A stretch of 64,000 bases of DNA from Macrostomum lignano (lineage: Eukaryota): contig NIVC01002222.1 of assembly GCA_002269645.1 (NCBI GenBank), positions 62,001 through 126,000 of the forward strand, in the 5' to 3' direction. Shown piece by piece: positions 42,449-52,644 of the stretch. Position 1 is the stretch's first letter. Each line of letters begins with the position of its first letter. The translations under genes were made by a program, and so were the position numbers. The notes under the pieces are model-generated. The model ran no database searches. It saw only the letters and a program-made list of their open reading frames with translations, and was not told where the DNA came from.

Positions 42449-45400
42449 ATGAGCGGCCGAATGCGTTCAGTTGCCATGGCAACCGTTGGCATTGGCGCCG
42501 TAACTGCGGCGGCCGCCACGGTAGCGACGTCGTCGGTCCCGCCGCAGGGCGCCGGCTGGTTCCGGTTCGCCAACACGGCGCGGCACGGCGCTGTGGTGGC
42601 GCTGGACTACAAGCTCAGCCTGCTGCTCCTGACGAGGGCTCGCCTGAGTACGACCGCGCCCTGCACCGCTGCCACTCCCGGGCCGCCGACCGCATCCTGG
42701 CCGGCTGTCTGCAGAACGGCGGCCTGTACATCAAGCTGGGCCAGGGCCTGTGCGCCATGAACCACATCCTGCCCGCTGAGTACGGCGCCAAGCTGCGCCT
42801 GCTGCAGAACGAGGCGCTGCGAAGGAAGAAGCACGACCTGGACCGGATCTTCGCCGAGGATTTGGGCACATCGCCGGAGGCCGCCTTCGCTAGCTTCGAT
42901 CGGCAGCCGTGCGCCTCGGCTAGCATTGCCGATGTGCACCGGTGCGAAAGGGGTGTAACCCGGGCAGGTGGCAGGGGTGCATGTAGTTAGAGTAGGGGAT
43001 AATTGATGTCATTGTGGGGTGCGGGTAATTAGGGCAGGTGATAATTGATGTCATTGTGGGGTGCGGGTAATTAGGGCAGGTAATAATTGATGTCAGTGCG
43101 GGTAATTAGGGCAGGTAATAATTGATGTTAGTGTGGGTTGCGGGTAATTAGAGCAGGTGATAATTGATGCCAGCAGGGGTGCTGGTAATTAGAGCAGGTG
43201 ATAATTGATGTTAGTGTGGGGTGAGGGTAATTAGAGCAGGTGATAATTGATGTCAGTGTGGGGTGCGGGTAATTAGGGCAGGTGATAATTGATGTTAGTC
43301 TGAGGTGCGGGTAATTAGGGCAGGTGATAATTGATGTCATTGTGGGGGTGCGGGTAATTAGAGCAGGTGATAATTGATGTCATTGTGGGGTGCGGGTAAT
43401 TAGGGCTTAGGGCAGGTGATAATTGATGTCAGTGCGGGGGTGCGGGTAATTAGAGCAGGTGATAATTGATGTCAGTGTGGGGTGCGGGTAATTAGGGCAG
43501 GTGATAATTGATGTCAGTGCGGGTAATTAGAGCAGGTGATAATTGATGTCATTGTGGGGTGCGAGTAATTAGGGCAGGTGATAATTGATGTTAGTCTGAG
43601 GTGCGGGTAATTAGGGCAGGTGATAATTGATGTTAGTCTGGGGTGCAGGTAATTAGGGCAGGTGATAATTGATGTCATTGTGGGGTGCGGGTAATTACGG
43701 CAGGTGATAATTGATGTCAGTGCGGGTAATTAGGGCAGGTAATAATTGATGTCAGTGTGGGGTTCGGGTAATTAGGGCAGGTAATAATTGATGCCAGCAG
43801 GGGTGCTGGTAATTAAAGCAGGTGATAATTGATATCAGTGTGGGGTGCGGGTAATTAGGGCTGGTGATACTTATAGTCAGTTGAAGGTGTGTGCTAATAT
43901 AACAGGTAATAATTGATAAAAGCTTGGTGTGTCTACATGTAATTGGAGCCGTTAAAACTGATTGCCTAATTTGGTTGAGCATAAATAACAATAATATAAT
44001 CATTCAATATTTTGCAGCGCTGTGACCCAGTCTGGCCAGCCCGTGGCAGTCAAGGTGCAGCACGGCGACCTGCGCGGCCGCTTCCCCTCGGACATTCGCA
44101 CCCTGGAGCTGCTGCTGCGATTCGTCGGCCTGCTGCACCCGGACTTCAATTTCGCCTGGGTGCTGGCCGATCTCAAAGACACCCTCGCTCAGGAGTTGGA
44201 CTTCGAGAATGAGGCGGCCAACGCTGAGCGATGCGCGACCGATTTGAAGGGGCTGGCCGCGGTCCCGAGGGTGCACCGGGGACTCATCAGCAAGAGAGTG
44301 CTCACCATGGACTGGATTGACGGCGTCAAGGTGAGCGCTGAGCTTCGAGAGTTGGGGAAGCGGTTAAAAAGAGAAGAGATGAATTGAGGGGAGAGAAGAG
44401 ATTAAGGGAGGGGAGAGAAGGAATGAAGGGAGGGGAGAGAAGAGATGAAGGGAGGGGAGAGAAGGAATGAAGGGAGGGGAGAGAAGAGATGAAGGGAGGG
44501 GAGAGAAGAGATGAAGGAAGAGGAGAGAAGAGATGAAGGGAGGGGAGAGAAGAGATGAAGGGAGGGGAGAGAAGAGATGAAGTCAGAGGAGAGAAGAGTT
44601 TCAGGACAGAGAACTCAGTTGAGCTGTCAATAAAGACTCCAGCCGCTCTCGCCCCCGGCGCAGATCAACGACAAAGCCGGCATTCAGTCGCTGGGCCTGT
44701 CGCTCACCGACGTCGACAACCAGCTGGTGCGAGTCTCGGCCCGCCAGATCTTCGGCACCGGCTTCGTCCACGCCGACCCGCACCCGGGCAACATTCTGGT
44801 GCGCAGGTCGGCGACGCGGCCCGGCAGGCCGGAGCTGGTGGTGCTGGACCACGGCCTGTACCAGCGGCTGAGCGAGTCGGAGCGCCTGGGGCTCTCCAAG
44901 CTGTACGCCGCGGCGCTGTGGCAGGACGATGCGGCGGCGAAGGCGTACGCCGCCGAGTTGGGCGTGTCGGACCATCGGACCCTGTGCGAGATCCTGCTGC
45001 AGCGGCCCGTGCTGAGCGGCGCCGGAGCGGCCAGGTCGCTTGCTTTTTTATGCTTGAGTCTTGAGTCTCCCTAGTCTCACATTGGTCTTACCTTTCAATC
45101 TCACCTCAGTCTCAACTTTCAATCTCACCTCAGTCTCAACTTTCAATCTCACCTCAGTCTCAACTTTCAATCTCACCTCAGTCTCAACTTTCAATCTCAC
45201 CTCAGTCTCACCTTTTCATCTCACCCCAGTCTCACCTTTCAATCTCACTCGAGTCTGACCTTTCAATCTCATCTCAGTGTCACCTTTCAATCTCACTCAA
45301 GTCTCACCTTTTAATAACATCCCAGTCTCGTCTTTCAATCTCATCTCTCATCTCACTACAGTGCTCATTGCAGTGTTCCCTCCGCCACCCACCTTGGCAG

Positions 45401-46790
45401 GCGCCTGTTCCACGTGCACCACATGACCCCGGAGGAGCGGCGCTACATGGTGCAGATGGCGTCGGAGCGATTCGACCAGATCATGGCCACCCTGCGCCAG
45501 ATGCCCAAGTCGCTGCTGCTCTGCATTCGCAACATTAATACTGTGCGCTCTGTGCTGCAGGTGAGCGCTGAGCTGATTGCGGCTCTCTTCCCCTCTCTCG
45601 TCTCTTCCCATCCCTCTTCTCTTCCCATCCCTCTTCTCTTCCCATCCCTCTTCTCTTCCCCTCCCTCTTCTCTTCCCCTCCCTCTTCTCTTCCCCTCCCT
45701 CCTCTCTTCCCCTCCCTCTTCTCTTTCCCTCCCTCTTCTCTTCCCCTCCTTCCTCTCTTCCCCTCCCTCTTCTCTTTCCCTCCCTTTTCTCTTCCCCTCC
45801 CTCCTCTCTTCCCCCTTCCCCTCCCTCTTCTCTTCCCCTCCCTCTTCTCTTTCCCTCCCTCTTCTCTTCCCCTCCCTCCTCTCTTCCCCCTTCCCCTCCC
45901 TCCTCTCTTCCCCTCCCTCTTCTCTTCCCCTCCCTCCTCTCTTCCCCTCCCTCTTCTCTTCCCCTCCCTCCTCTCTTCCCCTTCCCCTCCCTCCTCTCTT
46001 CCCCTCCCTCTTCTCTTCCCTCCCTCTTCTCTTCCCCTCCCTCCTCTCTTCCCTTCCCTCCTCTCTTCCCTTCCCTCCTCTCTTCCCCTCCCTCTTCTCT
46101 TCCCCTCCTTCCTCTCTTCCCCTCCCTCCTCTCTTCCCCTCCCTCTTCTCTTCCCCTCCCTCCTCTCTTCCCTTCCCTCCTCTCTTCCCTTCCCTCCTCT
46201 CTTCCCCTCCCTCTTCTCTTCCCCTCCCTCTTCTCTTCCCCTCCCTCCTCTCTTCCCTTCCCTCCTCTCTTCCCTTCCCTCCTCTCTTCCCCTCCCTCTT
46301 CTCTTCCCCTCCTTCCTCTCTTGCCCTCCCTCCTCTCTTCCCTTCCCTCCTCTCTTCCCCTCCCTCCACTCTTCCCCTCCCTCCACTCTTCCCTTCCCTC
46401 CTCTCTTCCCTTCCCTCCTCTCTTCCCCTCCCTCCACTCTTCCCTTCCCTCCTCTCTTCCCTTCCCTCCTCTCTTCCCCTCCCTCCCTCCTCTCTGCCTA
46501 AGTGTGTCAATCGCAAAGCGCTGGCAACCGCCCTCCAGGACCATGGCCACCCGATGAACCGCTACCCGGTGATGTTCGCCGCTGCCCTTCGCGGCCAGTT
46601 CCCCGACCGCCTGCGCTGGCCGGACCGCCTCCGCCTCGGCTGGCTGCTGGCCGCCGCCTGGCTGCGCCTGCTGGCCGACCGGCTGGTGGCCGGGCTGGCC
46701 GCCTTCTACCTGAGCCGCTTCGCGCCGGAGGCGAGCGCCGCGATAGCCAAGACGGCGGCCAAGACCAGCGAGGCGCTTGGCGGGGTCTGA
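42449..46790 (+). CDS. ADCK5: ABC1/aarF-family atypical kinase ADCK5 (exons 42449-42941, 44018-44330, 44664-45034, 45401-45560, 46539-46790); 1-nt frameshift near 42625-42631
   Basis: [91 protein letters not shown] match the ADCK5 subfamily. Splice phases are consistent once one missing base is restored in exon 1. Confidence 0.9.
42995..43875. repeat. 42-bp minisatellite GCGGGTAATTAGGGCAGGTGATAATTGATGTCATTGTGGGGT (ADCK5 intron 1)
   Basis: 42-bp period (43021/43063) with shorter variants. Confidence 0.93.
44385..44585. repeat. 22-23-bp purine minisatellite GAAGGGAGGGGAGAGAAGAGAT (ADCK5 intron 2)
   Basis: About 8-9 tandem units. Confidence 0.9.
45085..45345. repeat. 24-bp minisatellite ACTTTCAATCTCACCTCAGTCTCA (ADCK5 intron 3)
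   Basis: Tandem units. Confidence 0.9.
45585..46495. repeat. Pyrimidine minisatellite (CTCTTCTCTTCCCCTCCCT-type) in ADCK5 intron 4
   Basis: C/T-only tract with recurrent units. Confidence 0.93.
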
Positions 46791-47594
46791 CATGCCTGCC
46801 GCTGCGTCGCTGACCTCAGGGATGATTTAGTGTAGTATATTTGTCAGACCATGAAGCGCTGCAAGTTAAGCATAGTCTATCGCGGTTAGTATGCAGCTAA
46901 ATGGGCTCCTTGCGTCACCGTCACTTCTCCAGCGAGCGTGAAAATGTTAGTTAATCACAGTTTCACCGGCTTTGAAGTATAACAAATCACCAGAACAAGT
47001 CCATCAACCCAGTGCAAAGAAAACTCGGTTTGATATCTGTGAAACCTTTCTGAACCAACCCTATAGTATCTATTAATTATAGCTTCCCATGCCGTTCGTA
47101 GTTGAATTCTAGAATAATTCCAGTTATTATCGATCATATATGCATAGCTAACTCAATTTCTGTGTAAATTGCATTTTATAGTTAATTGCCTTTTTGCCCA
47201 AGTCAAACTGATTAATTACCTGTACTATTACTAATAGTAGTTCGAGTATTCACTTTAACTGATCGATTTTCGCTGGCCTATCTGCCTGGTTAATTAATGG
47301 CGTTTGCAACTTTAGTTCAGTAAAAAAATTAAGTGTCTCAACATTCTCGTCTTTCTATCAATGAGCTGAGATTCAGTGTATGTGACTTTAAAGCATCGTT
47401 ATTGTAATCGGTTCCTGAACTCAAAACTCATTTTGAGCTCGCGAAAAGTACACTCTGTCCTTAGAATTGCAGCTTTGTATTTTATTCTGATCTTTTGAGT
47501 TGAACTAACTAATCTCTTAATTGATCCATTTTTGGCTTTCTTTTTTTGTCTTTCAACGCTTGTCAGTGCCAACATTTAGTTAGCCACCCTATGG

Positions 47595-49950
47595 CCCATG
47601 GCCTCCTCTTGTGTCCCATGTCCTCCTCTTGTGTCCCATGTCCTCATCTTGTGTCCCATGTCCTCCTCTTGTGTCCCATGTCCTCATCTTGTGTCCCATG
47701 TCCTCATCTTGTGTCCCATGTCCTCCTCTTGTGTCCCATGTCCTCCTCTTGTGTCCCATGTCCTCATCTTGTGTCCCATGGCCTCCTCTTGTGTCCCATG
47801 TCCTCCTCTTGTGTCCCATGTCCTCATCTTGTGTCCCATGTCCTCATCTTGTGTCCCATGTCCTCCTCTTGTGTCCCATGTCCTCCTCTTGTGTCCCATG
47901 TCCTCCTCTTGTGTCCCATGTCCTCCTCTGTGTCCCATGTCCTCCTCTGTGTCCCATGTCCTCCTCTGTGTCCCATGTCCTCCTCTGTGTCCCATGTCCT
48001 CATCTTGTGTCCCATGTCCTCCTCTTGTGTCCCATGTCCTCCTCTTGTGTCCCATGTCCTCTTGTGTCCCATGTCCTCCTCTTGTGTCCCATGTCCTCCT
48101 CTTGTGTCCCATGTCCTCATCTTGTGTCCCATGTCCTCCTCTTGTGTCCCATGTCCTCCCTGTGTCCCATGCCCTCCCCTTGTATCCCATGTCCTCCTCT
48201 GTGTCCCATGTCCTCCTCTTGTGTCCCATGTCCTCATCTTGTGTCCCATGTCCTTCTCTTGTGTCCATGTCCTCATCTTGTGTCCCATGTCCTCATCTTG
48301 TATCCCATGTCCTCCTCTGTGTCCCATGTCCTCCTCTGTGTCCCATGTCCTCCTCTGTGTCCCATGTCCTCCTCTTGTGTCCCATGTCCTCATCTTGTGT
48401 CCCATGTCCTCCTCTGTGTCCCATGTCCTCCTCTTGTGTCCCATGTCCTCATCTTGTGTCCCATGTCCTCCTCTTGTGTCCCATGTCCTCATCTTGTGTC
48501 CCATGTCCTCCTCTTGTGTCCCATGTCCTCCTCTTGTGTCCCATGTCCTCTTGTGTCCCATGTCCTCCTCTTGTGTCCCATGTCCTCCTCTTGTGTCCCA
48601 TGTCCTCATCTTGTGTCCCATGTCCTCCTCTTGTGTCCCATGTCCTCCCTGTGTCCCATGCCCTCCCCTTGTATCCCATGTCCTCCTCTGTGTCCCATGT
48701 CCTCCTCTTGTGTCCCATGTCCTCATCTTGTGTCCCATGTCCTTCTCTTGTGTCCATGTCCTCCTCTTGTGTCCATGTCCTCCTCTTGTGTCCCATGTCC
48801 TCCTCTTGTGTCCATGTCCTCATCTTGTGTCCCATGTCCTCCTCTTGTGTCCATGTCCTCATCTTGTGTCCTATGTCCTCCTCTGTGCCCCATGCCCTCC
48901 TCTTGTGTCCCATGTCCTCCTCTTGTGTCCCATGCCCTCTTGTGTCCCATGTCTTCCTCTGTGTCCCATGTCTTCCTCTTGTGTCCCATGCCCTCTTGTG
49001 TCCCATGTCTTCCTCTTGTGTCCCATGTCCTCCTCTGTGTCCCATGTCTTCCCATGTCTTGTGTCCCATGTCTTCCTCTTGTGTCCCATGCCCTCTTGTG
49101 TCCCATGCCCTCTTGTGTCCCATGCCCTCTTGTGTCCCATGTCCCTCTTGTGTCCCATGCCCTCTTGTGTCCCATGTCCTCCTCTTGTGTCCCATGCCCT
49201 CTTGTGTCCCATGTCCTCCTCTTGTGTCCCATGCCCTCTTGTGTCCCATGTCCTCCTCTTGTGTCCCATGCCCTCTTGTGTCCCATGTCCTCCTCTGTGT
49301 CCCATGCCCTCTTGTGTCCCATGTCCTCCTCTTGTGTCCCGTGTCCTCTTGTATCCCATGTCCTCCTCTTGTGTCCCATGTCCTCCTCTTGTGTCCCATG
49401 TCCTCCTCTTGTGTCCCATGTCCTCTTGTGTCCCATGTCCTCCTCTTGTGTCCCATGCCCTCTTGTGTCCCATGCCCTCTTGTGTCCCATGTCCTCCTCT
49501 TGTGTCCCATGCCCTCCTCTTGTGTCCCATGTCCTCATCTTGTGTCCCATGTCCTCCTCTTGTGTCCCATGTCCTCCTCTTGTGTCCCATGTCCCTCTTG
49601 TGTCCCATGCCCTCTTGTGTCCCATGTCCCTCTTGTGTCCCATGCCTCTTGTGTCCCATGCCTCTCTGTGTCCCATGTCCTCCTCTGTGTCCCATGTCCC
49701 TCTTGTGTCCCATGTCCTCTTGTGTCCCATGTCCTCCTCTTGTGCCCCATGCCCTCCTCTTGTGTCCCATGTCCTCCTCTTGTGTCCCGTGTCCTCTTGT
49801 GTCCCATGCCCTCCTCTTGTGCCCCATGCCCTCCTCTGTGTCCCATGCCCTCCTCTTGTGCCCCATGCCCTCCTCTGTGTCCCATGCCCTCTTGTGTCCC
49901 ATGTCCTCCTCTTGTGTCCCATGCCCTCCTCTTGTGTCCCGTGTCCTCAC
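47595..49950. repeat. 20-bp minisatellite TTGTGTCCCATGTCCTCCTC (~2.35 kb) with an internal 489-bp duplication
   Basis: 20-bp period; rare variant GCCCTCCCCTTGTATCCC at 48171 and 48660. The 800-aa C/P/S ORFs are artefacts. Confidence 0.97.
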
Positions 49951-51149
49951 CCGTGTTTCATACCCTCAGCACTCCCTGTGCTATGACTGATTCATCCTAC
50001 TCTACTTAAAGTAGCAAGCGCAGCAAATGCAAAATGCCCCAGCTACACTGCGAGCCTTGGAAATTTATCGCTAGCCCAAGGCAGTCAAAAATGCAGTTTT
50101 GTTTACGCATCAAACTCTCTCTGGCAGTGAATTTTTAGTTCGTTTCCAAAATTTGCTTTCCAAGAAAGCGAGCGCCGAATTAAATTCGTGCCAGTCTAGC
50201 GGGTCGGTCGGCGGCCCCACCCCCCCCCCCCTAGCAACGAAATCATCCACCATTGGTATTGGGAGGTTCATGGCAAAACATGACCGCTCACGTCAATGCG
50301 ATATTCTTAGCGAATTTCTGTCTATTCCTTGTTTCTGTTTGCCCCCGCGGGCTGCGGCCCTCTCTGCTGTGTTACCTGCGCTCCACCCTCCGGGGCACCA
50401 CTCTCTCTAAATCCCTGTTTAAACAACCATTCAACATATTGCTCCCTAGGGGCTGGGATAACAGTCGGGGGGGGGGGGTCTGGGCCGGCCTTTCAGAAAC
50501 AGCCCCCCTCCCCAAGGCAGACAGATCCGCCATCAATCAATCATTATTCTCAGCCCGCTCCCCCCATCACTCTGCTACTCCCTGTCTTGATCGGTCAGGC
50601 ATTTACCTGCGATGGCGCACTTGCAGGCTTCGCTACTGCTGTATCGCTCGGTTTTTATCCTTTATAAATTCTCTTAATCCAAGCCGGGGACTTCAAGGCT
50701 GCACTTTCGACTTTGACCGGCTATCGCCCCAGTATCCAACAGAGCTGGGACTCGAACTCTAATCACTCATCGAATAGGGGCGGGGGGTCTGTAGTGATTC
50801 TCTGGCACTCCTGATTAGTCCCTTCCGCTCCTCCCGTTCGGCCTCCCGGGCGCACTGGGTCCTTGCTAACTTGTTAAAAGGAGTCGATGAAGCTGAGAAG
50901 CTGGGGAGCTCAGGAGGGGGGGGGCAGAGGAAAGCCACGCGCCTGATTGGGCGGGGGAAGTGGCTCTTTTGAATTGATCTGCAGCTGCCCAGCTGCACTG
51001 GGTGGGAGCCGGAGTCTTCAAGCTTGTCCTGTTCTCATTCTTCACTTGATTGACATTTCACTGCCCGGATTCCACCCGGATGTGGGGGCTACAGAGCTCA
51101 CAGGATTGTTGGAGATTGCCGTACAGTGTCTAATCCTTCGGTTTTGGAT

Positions 51150-51430
51150 CTCCCTGTTGCTGAGCCAGCCTCCCAGATCCTCAGTTGCTGGGCCAGCCTC
51201 CCAGATCCTCAGTTGCTGAGCCAGCCTCCCAGATCCTCAGTTGCTGAGCCAGCCTCCCAGATCCTCAGTTGCTGGGCCAGCCTCCCAGATCTTCAGTTGC
51301 TGGGCCAGCCTCCCAGATCATCAGTTGCTGGGCCAGCCTCCCAGATCTTCAGTTGCTGGGCCAGCCTCCCAGATCATCAGTTGCTGGGCCAGCCTCCCAG
51401 ATCCTCAGTTGCTGGGCCAGCTTTCCAGAT
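51150..51430. repeat. 28-bp minisatellite CAGTTGCTGGGCCAGCCTCCCAGATCCT
   Basis: About 10 units, downstream of the Ig gene stop. Confidence 0.92.
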
Positions 51431-51842
51431 CCTTTGTTGCTGGGCCACCGCAAGGCTCACAGATAAGAAATTCCCAGATAAATTTTGCATGAGCGACCTA
51501 AGAAAACATTTTCTGAGTTTCCAAGCGGCATCCAGTCAGTCGGAGATGCTTGGTGATTGACATGCGAATGTCTGCTTTATTTAGGCTGAAACAATACACG
51601 AAAATTTATGGAATATTTCTGTAACTTTGGAAAAACTATAAGTATTATGCGCACACTTTTATAACAATTATCAAAGTAAATTGGATTACAAATACACAAA
51701 GAATTAGGTTTTTACAACGAACAGTGGTTTACGATCTACCAGAAATTGCACTAAGTGAAAGATGTGAGCTTAAAAAAAGCCCGTTAGTTTTAACAGCTGT
51801 GTAGGTAAACAGTTCCATTACTGAAATCCTCTGATTGACAGC

Positions 51843-52393
51843 CTAGATTCTGGGCCAGTTTGCAAGCCATGCTGTTGCTGCTGTTGCTGCGGTTAAAGCG
51901 AATGTTGATGAAGCTGATGCTTCTGACCCGGTTGATGATGACGTAACCAGGCTGCCGGCTGTAGCAGCGCAGAGGAGAGAGAGGGGGTGGGAGGGTGAGA
52001 GACTTCTGCGGAACTGCAATTTTGGGGATAATTGCAGGCTGGGGGCGGCTTGACCCCCCCCCCCGCCTGTTTCTGCGCCTTTCCGGGCTTCTCCTTGGCC
52101 GAAGCTATAGTCGCTTTGAGTCACTTTTGATGAAGCTCACTGACTGCTTAGCACTGAAGTTCAGGGATCCTGCAGTATATATGACTGCTATAAAGCTATC
52201 AGCATGGGCTATGCCTCATCATAAATATAAGTGTGGAAATTTCGCTGTCCATCCAGATATAATTTCCTCAAGGCGGCCAGTATTATTATTACTGAATTGT
52301 AATTTATAGCTTGCTTACCTTCTCTTGCCATAATCATAATGCAATTATCTCTGCAATTGCCTGCCTTGCTATGTGCCTGCTGTATTTCACTAC

Positions 52394-52460
<67 letters not shown>

Positions 52461-52503
52461 GCCTGCCTGCCTGTCTGTCTGTCTGTCTGTCTGCCTGCCT
52501 GCC

Positions 52504-52564
<61 letters not shown>

Positions 52565-52607
52565 GCCTGCCTGCCTGTCTGTCTGTCTGTCTGTCTGCCT
52601 GCCTGCC

Positions 52608-52644
<37 letters not shown>

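Noticed and set aside
42995-43875. TTAGGG hexamers here and GGGTTAGG in 24345-25045 as interstitial telomere
   Set aside because: They occur once per longer unit and never as tandem (TTAGGG)n.
50759-50998. Minus-strand ORF as an alternative cytoplasmic-tail exon of the Ig gene
   Set aside because: Available acceptors are phase 0 or 2, whereas all upstream donors are phase 1; there is also no transmembrane exon.
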